Shown here: piece by piece, positions 48,664 to 58,450 of the stretch
How positions within the stretch are numbered: position 1 is the first letter of the stretch
How the letters are laid out: the number at the start of each line of letters is the position of its first letter
Assembly: GCA_016704525.1 (NCBI GenBank)
Contig: JADIZX010000009.1
Span: forward strand, 106,625-170,624
Direction of reading: 5' to 3'
DNA: 64,000 nucleotides
Source: Myxococcales bacterium
GTDB taxonomy: Bacteria; Myxococcota_A; Polyangia; Polyangiales; Polyangiaceae
Program-made: the position numbers and the translations under genes
The notes under the pieces: model-generated
The model's database searches: none
What the model saw: only the letters and a program-made list of their open reading frames with translations
Told to the model about the DNA's origin: nothing

Positions 48664-49830
48664 TCAGAACGAGTAGGAGAGCCCCGCGCCCAGGGTGGGG
48701 CCGCCACGGTTGAACGTGCGCGCCTGGTACCCGCCCCGCCCGACGAGCCCGAACCCTTTGCCTAGATCGACGCGCGCCTCGCCCAGTAGTCGGACGCCCG
48801 CGCTCTCGGCGTGAGGCATGCCGGTCACTTCCACGATCGGCGACACCATCAAGCGGCGATTCGCGACGAGGTCGAGGCGAGTGTATCCCCTCACGCCGAA
48901 CACCTGGATGCCCTCGGCCCCGAACACGATCTTGGTCCCGTAAGGGTCCCCAACGAGGACGGCGCCCCCGCCGCCCACCGAGAATCCCACCTCAGTCACG
49001 CTGGTGAGGAGCTCCGCTTCGACGTGCAGCCAGTCGGTCGCCCGCAGGCGGACGCGCGGCGCGCCGTAGTTGAGTCCAACTTGGTATTTGGAGGGGTCGG
49101 TCTCCCCCTCCACCACGGACTCGCCACGAACGGCGCCGGCGCGGATACCGAACTCCGAGACGACCCCGAGGAGCCGGTAGGTGTACGCCCCCTCGAAGCG
49201 GTAGAAGTGGTCCGGAGTGTCGAACGTGCGCACCGGGGCGCCGCGGGTCCGCAGGGTGGTCGTCTGGTCGCCGAAGCTCGCGTACTCCGCTGACGTCTCG
49301 ACGACCGAGCGGCGCCCGCCGAGGCGCGCGAGGGTGGCCGCCGACGCGCGGTCGTCCACGTCGTCGAGCACTGTAACGGGGTGCGGGAGCGCGCGGGTCG
49401 CGAACGCCGGTAGACGCTCGCCCGCCGTGGTCTCGAGCTCGATCGCATACGTGAGCGAGCCCCGCACGGCCGCGGCGGGGATCACCGCTGCGTACGAGCT
49501 CGAGCCCCTCGCGAGCTCGACCTCCCCGTGGGTGCCTCCGCCCCGGTAGACGAGCACGGCGCGCTTGACCAGGTCGGGGCGCTCGAGCGTCGCCTCGATC
49601 GTGATGTCGCGTGCCTCGCTGGCGGTGAGGCACGGCGAGTGGTGCACCGCGGGGCGAGCGGCGCTGGCAGCGGCGGCGGGCGGCTCGGCGCTGGGGCCAG
49701 CGGCGCTCGTCGACGGCGCGCCCGCGACGGGCGCGGACTCGGGCTCGGCGTTCGCCACGGCGGGAGAGGAGAGCGCGAGGGCGCAGGCGAGGCCAGTCAC
49801 ACCGCGCTTCAACTGCTTTTCGTTTACCAT
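48664..49830 (-). CDS. outer-membrane beta-barrel candidate (C-terminal ...SYSF)
   Basis: Signal peptide; alternating beta-strand pattern; terminal Phe. Confidence 0.45.
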   Translation of the reverse strand: MVNEKQLKRGVTGLACALALSSPAVANAEPESAPVAGAPSTSAAGPSAEPPAAAASAARPAVHHSPCLTASEARDITIEATLERPDLVKRAVLVYRGGGTHGEVELARGSSSYAAVIPAAAVRGSLTYAIELETTAGERLPAFATRALPHPVTVLDDVDDRASAATLARLGGRRSVVETSAEYASFGDQTTTLRTRGAPVRTFDTPDHFYRFEGAYTYRLLGVVSEFGIRAGAVRGESVVEGETDPSKYQVGLNYGAPRVRLRATDWLHVEAELLTSVTEVGFSVGGGGAVLVGDPYGTKIVFGAEGIQVFGVRGYTRLDLVANRRLMVSPIVEVTGMPHAESAGVRLLGEARVDLGKGFGLVGRGGYQARTFNRGGPTLGAGLSYSF

Positions 49831-51506
49831 TGGTAGCTCGCGGCGAGTCCGGCGCCAGGGCCGGCGTGGTTGATTGTTCTGCCTTGGTACGAGAAACGCG
49901 CCGAAACCGTGAGATCGCGCACGAACTGATACCCAACTTGCCCAATCACGCGAGCGCCCACGTCACTCGAGCTCGACGGCTGAGTGGTGACCTCGGTGCG
50001 CAGGAGGATGGGCACGCGTGGGATGGTTCGCCACTCGAGCTGCACGATCCCTCGCTGACCGACGGTGCCGAGAATTTCGCCGCCGAGCGACAGGTTCGTG
50101 TGGAGATCGTGGCCTATCCGGAGGAAGCCCTGCGCGCCGCCGGTGACGCCGCCGTCGCGGAGCCCGATGACGGGGCGGAGCACGAAGGCGAGGTTTGGCG
50201 CCGGCGCGAGCTCCGTCTCGACGTATCCGTAGGTGAGGCCCACGCTGGTGGGTTCGAGGCCGAGCTCGTCGAGGTCGCGCAGGCTCCCGCCCTTGCCGCG
50301 GAGCACGCCGAAGCCGGAGCGCACGGCGCGGATGCCGACGTCTTGGAGGCGCCACCCGACCGAGCCCTCCGTCTGGAACACGTAGTCGTTCGCCTTCTTC
50401 ACGTTGAACGACGCGATCTCGCTCTGCAGCGTGACCTGGGCGAGCTGCCCTGGCTCACGCACGCGGGTGGGGAGCGTCTCCACCTCGGCCCCACGCGGCG
50501 ACTCGGCCGAGCCCACGAGCGCGACGGCGACGCCGGTGGGGAGCACCCCCTCGACGAAGTACTCGAGGCCCGGCTCGGCGAGCGCGTCGCCCGGGAGCGC
50601 CGCCGACCAGTACCGCGCGCCCACGGAGCCCATGGGGATAGAGCGGTATGTGGGCGTCCCCTTGCGGCGCGCGTGGAGCACGGCGCCCACGAAGCGAGCG
50701 TCGATCTCCAGGGTGTAGCGCTGGGCGACCCCCACACGTGCACGTCGGAGGCCCCCCTCGGCCACGGCGTAGACCGGCGCGGGGGGCTCTTGGGCGGCCA
50801 TCAGGGCCCGCGCCTCCTCGACGAGCACCCGTGCATAGGGGCTCGCTCCATTCGCCGCGGCGAACTTGCCGTAGGCGATCGCGCGCTCGCCAGGGGCGCG
50901 CCCTTCGAGGCTCTTCAGCAGGGCCGTGACGGCCTCCGCGTCCGGGTCGCTGGGGCGCGCTTCGACGGCGGGGGCCGCGGGCGACGCGGGGTCGGTCGGC
51001 GCGGGCGCGGCGCTCGCGGCGGGCGCGGAGGGCGCGACCACCGGGGCCTGCGCGAGGTGCGCGCCGGGTACGAGCACCTCGTCGCCGGTGGCGGGCGCCC
51101 GGGTGGCGGTGCCCTCCAGCGTGGCCAGCGACAGCGTGCCCCGCACCTGCACGAGCCGCAGCGCGCCGATACGGAAGCGCTCGTTCAGCGGCTTCCCGGA
51201 CACAGGGTGCTTGAGCCGGAGCGGGCGCCAGAGCTCGACGATGTCGCCATCGCGCGCGCCCTTCCGCGCGCCGAAGTCGATCACGAGCTCGCCCGCGTCG
51301 ATGGCGACGATCGTACCGGCGGGCTCGACGGGCGCGGGCGCGGCAGCAGCGTGCGCGGCAGCGGCAGGCGCGGCGGCACCCCGGGGCGGGGGGTGCCCCG
51401 GCTGGGCGACAGCGCGCCCGGCGCTCGTGAGCGACGTCGCGACGAGCGCGGCGAGCGCGGTCACGATCGGCGCGGAGAGCCGGGGGTGTGGTGGGCAGCG
51501 GACCAT
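49824..51506 (-). CDS. outer-membrane/secreted protein candidate (C-terminal ...SYQW)
   Basis: Signal peptide; AAGGAG RBS; aromatic terminal residue. Confidence 0.45.
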   Translation of the reverse strand: MVRCPPHPRLSAPIVTALAALVATSLTSAGRAVAQPGHPPPRGAAAPAAAAHAAAAPAPVEPAGTIVAIDAGELVIDFGARKGARDGDIVELWRPLRLKHPVSGKPLNERFRIGALRLVQVRGTLSLATLEGTATRAPATGDEVLVPGAHLAQAPVVAPSAPAASAAPAPTDPASPAAPAVEARPSDPDAEAVTALLKSLEGRAPGERAIAYGKFAAANGASPYARVLVEEARALMAAQEPPAPVYAVAEGGLRRARVGVAQRYTLEIDARFVGAVLHARRKGTPTYRSIPMGSVGARYWSAALPGDALAEPGLEYFVEGVLPTGVAVALVGSAESPRGAEVETLPTRVREPGQLAQVTLQSEIASFNVKKANDYVFQTEGSVGWRLQDVGIRAVRSGFGVLRGKGGSLRDLDELGLEPTSVGLTYGYVETELAPAPNLAFVLRPVIGLRDGGVTGGAQGFLRIGHDLHTNLSLGGEILGTVGQRGIVQLEWRTIPRVPILLRTEVTTQPSSSSDVGARVIGQVGYQFVRDLTVSARFSYQGRTINHAGPGAGLAASYQW

Positions 51507-51962
51507 ATTACTCCTTGAATGGTTGAACCACTCGAGCAACAAGCAGGTGGCATGCCAACCCCCCAAATGGCCGACGCGCGCGCTTTCCGCGCCGCGACGC
51601 GCACCTCGCGGTCCACGGCGGGGACGGATGTGGACGGGCGGTCACACACGGACCGAGCCCGCGGGCTCGCGGCGCCGCGGGTCCCGGCTGGACCGCGGTT
51701 CAGCACCCCTCCGCGGCGGCCGCGCGAGCGCTCGCCGATCCCGCGCTCTGCTCGCTCCGGCGCGACTTCGCGCGCGAGCTCGAGCGCTTCCTGGGCGCGT
51801 TGGCGCGAGACGCGGTGCGGCCGCGCGCGTGAGGCGGCGTCCGTCCGCGCGTGGGGCCGACTCGGCGCCCTCGGTCGCGCGCGCGGCCAGTTTTTCGACC
51901 CGCGCGGGGAATATGGTACGCCTACGGTGCTCGCGCCGCCTCGCGCACGGGAGAAACGAAGC

Positions 51963-52967
51963 ATGATCCACGCTCGCCTCGCTACGCTCGCCTCGCTCGC
52001 CTCGCTCGCCTCGCTCGCCTCGCTGCTCGCCACCGCGAGCGTCGGCTGCTCCAGCGGAGCGACGGCCGTGCCCACCGAGGCCGGCGTCGACGGCGGCGCG
52101 ATCGACGGGGCTCCCGATCCGGGCCCGGGCCCGGGTCCCACCGACAAGATCTCCGCGGCTTCGGGCGGCACGATCCGACTCGAGGGCGCGACCCTCACGA
52201 TCCCGCCGGGGGCCCTCTCGGCCGACACGGCCATCACCGCGAAGGCGAACGCGGCGACGAGCTACCCTGGCGCCGAGTCCCTCCGCGGCAAGGGGTACGA
52301 CTTCGGCCCGTCGGGGCTCACGTTCGCGAAGCCGGCCACGCTCAGCGTCGACGTGCCGCCCGGGGTCGACGGCGCGACGCTCGTGTTGGCGAATCTCGAC
52401 GAGAAGACCCGCACGTGGGTGCCGCTCGCCGACTCGAAGCTCAGCGGGACGGCCGTCTCGGCCAGCCTCGCGCACTTCTCGAGCTACGCGCTCTTCGTGC
52501 GGCTCGGCAACGCGAACCTCACAGTCGACTTCTCGGCGTGCGCGACCCCAACCTCCAGCAGGGAAGGCTGGTACGCCGACACCTGCGGCGCCGACGCCGT
52601 GAAGGGCTCCATGGTCGGGCTGAAGCTCGCCGGCGCTGCCGGTGGCCCCTCGGCGGGGAAGAACTGCACGGTGACCTATTCGTTTGGCAAGCTCACGATC
52701 GCGACGGATCTCCCGGCGCCCGGCGGCGGCACCGTCACGTTCGTGACCCACCTCGACGGCGAGCGCGACGACAACGTCATCGCGCAGGGCGACAGGAGCG
52801 GGTCGCCGATTCGCTTCGTTCAGATGCGCGAGGTGCTCCCGGGCGTGCCCGAGAAGGTCATTCGCGCGTCGTTCTGGCTCAACGAAGACCGCGGCCTCAA
52901 CTACGTCAGCGCCTCGAGCGCCGACGGATCCATCGCGTGCGGGGCGGATCCCCGCGCGTCGAACTAG
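51963..52967 (+). CDS. secreted lipoprotein, unknown function
   Basis: GGGAGA RBS; signal peptide encoded partly by a 9-bp tandem repeat (LASLASLASLASL); lipobox VGCSS. Confidence 0.5.
   Translation: MIHARLATLASLASLASLASLLATASVGCSSGATAVPTEAGVDGGAIDGAPDPGPGPGPTDKISAASGGTIRLEGATLTIPPGALSADTAITAKANAATSYPGAESLRGKGYDFGPSGLTFAKPATLSVDVPPGVDGATLVLANLDEKTRTWVPLADSKLSGTAVSASLAHFSSYALFVRLGNANLTVDFSACATPTSSREGWYADTCGADAVKGSMVGLKLAGAAGGPSAGKNCTVTYSFGKLTIATDLPAPGGGTVTFVTHLDGERDDNVIAQGDRSGSPIRFVQMREVLPGVPEKVIRASFWLNEDRGLNYVSASSADGSIACGADPRASN
51986..52024 (+). repeat. 9-bp tandem repeat gcctcgctc x4 within the signal-peptide coding region
   Basis: Seen directly in the sequence. Confidence 0.75.
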
Positions 52968-52979
52968 ACGACGAAGGCC

Positions 52980-53092
52980 GGGGGGGGGGGGGGGGAAGGC
53001 CGGGGGGAAAAAACTAACAGGGGGGGGGCCGCCGGGGGCGGAAAAGGGGGAGCCCCGCGGGGGACGGGGGGGCGGGGGGGGGGGGGGGGGGG
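52980..53092. repeat. cluster of extreme poly-G homopolymer tracts (G17, G6, G9, G7, G18) in a convergent intergenic region
   Basis: Seen directly in the sequence; probable sequencing/assembly artefact or G4-forming element. Confidence 0.8.
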
Positions 53093-53140
53093 CCGCAGGG
53101 CGCGGAAAGGCCGGCAAGACCCTCGAAGCGGCCGGCGCCC

Positions 53141-53536
53141 TCAGAGCAGCGCGGTGCGATCGAAGTAGACCTCGGTGCGCGCGATCTTGTCGCCGCGCAG
53201 GCCGAGCAGGGCCATCCCGTGAAGGCGCTTCTTGTCGCCCCCCGCGATGGGCGTGAAGTCGGCGAGCCAGAGGAACGCGCCCCCCTCCCCCTCCTCGAAG
53301 GCGTGCACTTCCTTCACGCGCCAGTCCATGCGCCACGTCGCGAAGAGCCTCACGAGGTAGGCGCGGACGCCCGCGTGGCCCTCCATCGCGCCGCGGGTGT
53401 TGGGGTCTCGGTACTGGCAGTCTTCGACGTAGCACGCGAGGACCGCCTCCACGTCGAGGCGGTTCCACGCCGCGAGCACCCGCTCAGCGTGCTCCGCCAC
53501 GCTCGGCAAGTGGGCAGTCTCTGCGGGCGCGCTCAT
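53141..53536 (-). CDS. SnoaL/NTF2-like fold protein (start may be the upstream M at 53611)
   Basis: ~130-aa alpha+beta cone-like pattern VLACYVEDCQYRDP... Confidence 0.5.
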   Translation of the reverse strand: MSAPAETAHLPSVAEHAERVLAAWNRLDVEAVLACYVEDCQYRDPNTRGAMEGHAGVRAYLVRLFATWRMDWRVKEVHAFEEGEGGAFLWLADFTPIAGGDKKRLHGMALLGLRGDKIARTEVYFDRTALL

Positions 53537-53674
53537 GAGGAATCGCTTTCCGTCGGCCTCTAGTACGGCCGGCGAGGGTCGCGGCGAAGCGCCGCTACGC
53601 AAGACTCGCACCGCGGCGGCCGGCGCGCAGCCGAGAAGCGCCGGCGTCGCGCGTTCTCGTCGCGCGGGTGGTGC

Positions 53675-54739
53675 TCACGCGGCCTCGGGGGCGCCCAGGA
53701 GGAGCGGATGCGCGCCCGCCACCGGCCCTTCCGGGAGGCCTCGGCCCGCGAGGAGCTCGAGGGCCAGCCGCTCGTAGAAGGAGGGCGCGTCGAAGCGGCC
53801 CCAGCCGACGGCGCTCCAGTGGTCGGCGTCCAGGTGGCCGAGCACCCGGCCGCGACGCTGCGACGCCAGCGGCACGACGCCGTCGTTGTCGCCCGCCGAG
53901 CGACGCAGCCAGCGGTACGTGGGTAGGAGCCACGGCCCCACGCCGCGCGCGCCGCGGCCGGGAGAGACCGCGATGCTGGCGTATTGCACAGTGCACACAT
54001 CGGGGGTCTCGGCCTCGAACACGCGCATTCGCTCGGTGGTGAGGTCGAGCACCGAGCCGAGGCTCGCGGAGAGCACGCGGGAGCCGCGCACGAGCCGAGC
54101 GCCCGCGTCCGCGAGGGGGGTGCCCCGGTGCGGGGTGGCGATCGTCACGAGCGAGGCTACCTGCGCGTCGAGGCCGAGGTGCGTCACTGCGAAGCGCGCG
54201 TCGAGGCCGCCCATGCTGTGCGCGACGAGGTGGGTGCGGCCGGAGCCAAGCGCCCGGACGGCGGCCGTCAGCTCCGCGGCGCGGATCCCAATCGAGGCGA
54301 ACGGCGAGACCCGGATGAACGCCGCCGCGACGCCGCGCGCGCGGAGGCGCTCCGCGACGCCCCGGAAGTACGCGGACGACACGGGACCGACCCCGACCTC
54401 GTCGAAGCCCGCGAAGCCGTGGAGGAACACGACGCGGTCCGGCTCCGCGCCGACGCGGGCGACGCGGGCGACGCCACCCACGCGAGCGGCGCGAGGCGCC
54501 GGCCACGCACGCCAGTGCGCGGCGTCCGGCGCGGCTTCGGCAGGCTCCACCGGCGGGGAGGCCCGCGGCGCGGGCGAGGCCTCCGGCTCGGGCGCGGCTT
54601 CGACCGAGGCCTCGAGCCGGCCGCGGTGCGGCTCAAGCTCCTTCTCGCGGGGTGGGTGTGCGGGCCGCCCTGCGAGCCAGACGACGAGACCTTGGACCGC
54701 CAGCGCGAGTAGCACGGCGACGAGCACGGATGCGATGGC
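53675..54739 (-). CDS. membrane-anchored alpha/beta hydrolase (lipase class 2-like)
   Basis: VAHSMGGL nucleophile elbow; GTG start with a GGAGG RBS 6 nt upstream; N-terminal TM helix. Confidence 0.55.
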   Translation of the reverse strand, partial: AIASVLVAVLLALAVQGLVVWLAGRPAHPPREKELEPHRGRLEASVEAAPEPEASPAPRASPPVEPAEAAPDAAHWRAWPAPRAARVGGVARVARVGAEPDRVVFLHGFAGFDEVGVGPVSSAYFRGVAERLRARGVAAAFIRVSPFASIGIRAAELTAAVRALGSGRTHLVAHSMGGLDARFAVTHLGLDAQVASLVTIATPHRGTPLADAGARLVRGSRVLSASLGSVLDLTTERMRVFEAETPDVCTVQYASIAVSPGRGARGVGPWLLPTYRWLRRSAGDNDGVVPLASQRRGRVLGHLDADHWSAVGWGRFDAPSFYERLALELLAGRGLPEGPVAGAHPLLLGAPEAA

Positions 54740-54863
54740 CACGGGGCACCTCCAGCCCCTGGACAGTAGCACCGCAACGCGACGCGTCAACGCAACGCGT
54801 TATTTCATTGCGCGGAGCGGCGTGCCGCGCGGCAGCACGCCCATGCGTGGCCTGCGCGCGCGC

Positions 54864-55574
54864 TCAGGACGGCAGCACGCCGCGAAGGGGCCGCGGCTCG
54901 GACAAGGAAGCGTCGACGCCGAGCTCGCGCCTCACGTCGGCGAGCGGCGCCTCGAAGCGCTCGCGCCACGGGTACCCAAAGAGCAGCCTCGCGCGCTGGC
55001 CCAGCTCCCACCCGCGGGCGACCGCGTCGAAGCGCTCCTTGGTCTTCTGGCTCGATCGCTCGATCGCGGCGTTCAGCAGCAGCGCCGACACGAGCGCGGC
55101 CGGCAACATGCCTGGCAGCTGCGCGGCGTACACCGCCTGGAGGCCCGCCTCGCCCGCGGGATCGGGCGCGAACCCCGTGACCACGTGCCACAGGTCGTGG
55201 GTCTCGTAGAGGTGCGCGCGCATGTAGTCGGGGCCGACGTCGTCGACCACGCTCGGGATGGCGTCCGGGCGCAGGTGGTGGCGGCGCATGAAGTCGCCGT
55301 AGGCGCGGCCGAGCGAGCCCTCGGGGCAGCCGGCGAGCAGCGCCTCGGTGACCACGCCGAGACGAGGGCGACGCTCGACCGCGACCTTCGCCTCGGGCTC
55401 GCGGGCGAGGCGCTCGTAGATGGCGCGGGTCATCACGGGATCGTTCGCCGAGTCTCTCATCTGGAAGACCCGATCGAGCTGGCTCGGATCGCGGGCGAGC
55501 CGGAAGAAGTGATAGAGCGGCTTGGCGAGGCGTAGGAGCTGCATGAGCCTCAATATGTGAACGTTTGCTCGCAT
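54864..55574 (-). CDS. Coq4-family protein (ubiquinone biosynthesis COQ4 homologue)
   Basis: HDLWHVVTGF...E zinc-ligand motif characteristic of the Coq4 family. Confidence 0.55.
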   Translation of the reverse strand: MRANVHILRLMQLLRLAKPLYHFFRLARDPSQLDRVFQMRDSANDPVMTRAIYERLAREPEAKVAVERRPRLGVVTEALLAGCPEGSLGRAYGDFMRRHHLRPDAIPSVVDDVGPDYMRAHLYETHDLWHVVTGFAPDPAGEAGLQAVYAAQLPGMLPAALVSALLLNAAIERSSQKTKERFDAVARGWELGQRARLLFGYPWRERFEAPLADVRRELGVDASLSEPRPLRGVLPS

Positions 55575-55730
55575 CTGCTACTCGCATCCCTTGGGCTGGA
55601 AAAACCGGGGCGCGACGGCGATCTCGCCCCCGCTGGCTCGTGTTCAGGCTCGCGGCGGGCCGCCCGAGATCGGCGGGATGAGGTACCGTACGCGGGCGAC
55701 GCCGCCGCGTCGGACGCCGCCAAGCCAGGC

Positions 55731-56411
55731 ATGCCCACGAAGCCGAAGACCACGCCCAGCGCGAAGGCGAAGCCGCGGGACGCGACCATCGCCCCACGCA
55801 AGGCGCCTCGGCAAGAGCGCGCCCGCGTGACCGTCGAGGCCCTCCTCGACGCGACCGCGCGCGTGCTCTGCCAGAGCGGCTACGACGGCCTCACGACGAA
55901 CAAGGTGGCCGCCGCGGCGGGGGTGAGCGTGGGCTCGCTCTACCAGTATTTTCCAGGGAAAGACGCCCTGGTGATCGCGCTGCTGCTGCGCCACGCCGAC
56001 CACCAGCACGCCGCGTTCCAGCGCGCGCTGCTCGGCGTCGCGGACGCCCCAATCCCGGCCGTGGTCGACGCCGTGCTCGAGGTCCTCTCGGCCCAGCAGG
56101 ACTCCGATCCCGAGCTCGGGTTCGTGCTCATGAACCAGCTGCCCCGCGTGGGCGAGATGGGCCAGATCATCGCGTACAGCGAGGAGAAGCTGGCCGTCCC
56201 GCTCCTCGCGTTCCTGCGGGCCCGCGCCGCCGACCTCCCCGACCTCGACCTCGCCGCCACGACGTTCCTCCTCACGCACGCGATCCCGCCGCTGCTCCAG
56301 CGAATGCGCCTCACCCGGCCCTCGAAGGAGCGCCGCCGGGCGGTATTCCAGGAGCTCCGCAAGATGCTGGTCGCCTATCTGGCAGGCGCGCCGGGGCGAG
56401 CGTCGCGATAG
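55731..56411 (+). CDS. TetR-family transcriptional regulator
   Basis: LTTNKVAAAAGVSVGSLYQYFPGKDALV HTH signature. Confidence 0.7.
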   Translation: MPTKPKTTPSAKAKPRDATIAPRKAPRQERARVTVEALLDATARVLCQSGYDGLTTNKVAAAAGVSVGSLYQYFPGKDALVIALLLRHADHQHAAFQRALLGVADAPIPAVVDAVLEVLSAQQDSDPELGFVLMNQLPRVGEMGQIIAYSEEKLAVPLLAFLRARAADLPDLDLAATTFLLTHAIPPLLQRMRLTRPSKERRRAVFQELRKMLVAYLAGAPGRASR

Positions 56412-56833
56412 GCCACGAGCGCGGGGAGCCCGCCGAGAAGTCGAGGGCCCAGGCGTCGCCGGGCCTCCCGTGGTCCTTCCAGAACTTGGTGGGGATCGCG
56501 CCGGAAGAGGCGGTCGTGTCGACCCACCCCACGGGCCGCGTTGGTCGAGGCGCGCTGCACGGTCGGCGCCGGGTGCTTGGAGAGCCACCTCGCGCGCGAC
56601 GCGGGCGAGATCGAGAGGGTAGACCCCCCCGCGATCCTGACGTTCGCGCCGCGCGTCCTCGAGACGCGCCTCGAGGTGGCCCTCGAGGCGCTCGTGCGCG
56701 CGCGGCACGGGCTCGGGCCGTGCGTGGCGTCGAGCGACGGGGCCCCCAGCGCGAAGACGCTCGTAGCGACGGGGCCCGAGGTGAGCGCCGCGGGGCTCTC
56801 GTTTCCGCAGCGGGGCGCCCCGAGACAGTAGTG

Positions 56834-58315
56834 CTAAGTACCGCAGAACGTTCGGTATTCTTCCTGAAACTCCGCTCCCGGCGGCGCGGCGAGGTGCGCG
56901 TGCTCGGGCTGGTCGTCGAACGGGCGCGCGAGCACCGCGTGCAGGGTTTCGAAGGGCTCGAGGTCGCCCTCGCGCGCGGCGAGCAGCGCCTCCTCGACGC
57001 GGTGGTTTCGCGGGATGAACGCCGGGTTCGCGCGGCTCATCGCCTCGGCGCGGGCCTCCGCGGTGCCCGGCTCCTCGGCGAGGCGGCGGCGCCACTCCTC
57101 GGCCCACGAGAGGAACGCGCCGGGCTCGTCGAAGAGCGCCGCGGCCTCCGCGTCGGCGTCGGGAGTGCGCGCCGACTCGCATAGTCGCCGAAAGAGCCGC
57201 GTGTGGTCGACATGACCCGCGGCCATGCGCTGGAGCAGATCGCGCGCGAGGAGCAGGTCGTCGCCGCCGACCTGCGAGAGCCCGAGCTTCGCTCGCAGGA
57301 CTTCGCCATAGGCGGCCTCGAAGCGCGGCACGTAGCCTTCGAGCGCGCCCTCCGCGAGTCGGACCGCGTCGCGCTCGTCCGCGGCGAGGAGCGGCAGCAG
57401 CGCCTCGGCGAGCCGCGTGAGGTTCCACAGCGCGATGCGGGGCTGGTTGCCGAACGCGTAGCGGCCGCCGCGGTCGATCGAGCTGAAGGTGCGGGAAGGA
57501 TCGTAGGTGTCGAGGAACGCGCACGGCCCGTAGTCGATGGTCTCGCCGGCGATCGACGTGTTGTCGGTGTTCATCACGCCGTGGACGAAGCCGACCCCCA
57601 TCCACCGGGCCACGAGCCGCGCTTGGGCCTCGATCACCCGCTCGAGGAGGGCGAGCGCCTCACCGCCTGGCTCGGCGCTCGGACGCGCGCCCGGGTAGTG
57701 GCGCGCGAGGGCGTGGCTCGTGAGCGCCCGCAGCGCCTCGGTGTCTTCGCGCGCCGCGAAGTACTCGAACGTCCCGACTCGCAGGTGGCTGGCAGCGACC
57801 CGCGCGAGCACCGCGCCAGGCAGCGCCTCTTCGCGGTGCACGAGCTCGCCCGTGGCGACGGCGGCGAGCGCGCGCGTGGTGGGGATGCCGAGCGCCGCCA
57901 TGGCCTCGCTCACGAGGTACTCGCGGAGCACCGGCCCGAGCGCTGCGCGTCCATCGCCCCCGCGTGAGAACGGCGTGCGGCCTGCGCCCTTCAGCTGGAG
58001 GTCATGGCGTGCTCCGTCGGGCGCGACGAGCTCGCCGAGGAGCACCGCGCGGCCATCCCCGAGCTGCCGCACGAACGAACCGAACTGGTGCCCGGCGTAG
58101 GCGAGCGCGATCGGCTCGGCGCCCTCCGGCACGGCGCTGCCCGCGAGCATCGCGATCCCTTCGGCCGAAGCGAGCGCGCCCGCGTCGACGCCGAGGCGCT
58201 CCGCGAGCGCGCGGTTCACGCGGAGGAGCGTGGGCGATCGCACGGGCGTGGGCGAGACGCGGGCGTACATGCGCTCGAAGAGCCGGGCGTAGCTGTTGTC
58301 GAACGCGAGCTTCAT
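56834..58315 (-). CDS. selO: protein adenylyltransferase SelO (YdiU/UPF0061)
   Basis: N-terminal MKLAFDNSYARL and kinase-like core with ...GVMNTDN... Confidence 0.8.
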   Translation of the reverse strand: MKLAFDNSYARLFERMYARVSPTPVRSPTLLRVNRALAERLGVDAGALASAEGIAMLAGSAVPEGAEPIALAYAGHQFGSFVRQLGDGRAVLLGELVAPDGARHDLQLKGAGRTPFSRGGDGRAALGPVLREYLVSEAMAALGIPTTRALAAVATGELVHREEALPGAVLARVAASHLRVGTFEYFAAREDTEALRALTSHALARHYPGARPSAEPGGEALALLERVIEAQARLVARWMGVGFVHGVMNTDNTSIAGETIDYGPCAFLDTYDPSRTFSSIDRGGRYAFGNQPRIALWNLTRLAEALLPLLAADERDAVRLAEGALEGYVPRFEAAYGEVLRAKLGLSQVGGDDLLLARDLLQRMAAGHVDHTRLFRRLCESARTPDADAEAAALFDEPGAFLSWAEEWRRRLAEEPGTAEARAEAMSRANPAFIPRNHRVEEALLAAREGDLEPFETLHAVLARPFDDQPEHAHLAAPPGAEFQEEYRTFCGT

Positions 58316-58450
58316 CGACGAAGGTCTAGTCGTGCCGGCGCGAGACATCCACCACGAGCTGGGTCCCGCCGCGCGGACGCGAGCAAACCACCTAGCTCAT
58401 CCATTCGGCACGCGTGAGCCGCAGCAGTCGCGTTGCGCTACCTTGTCGGA

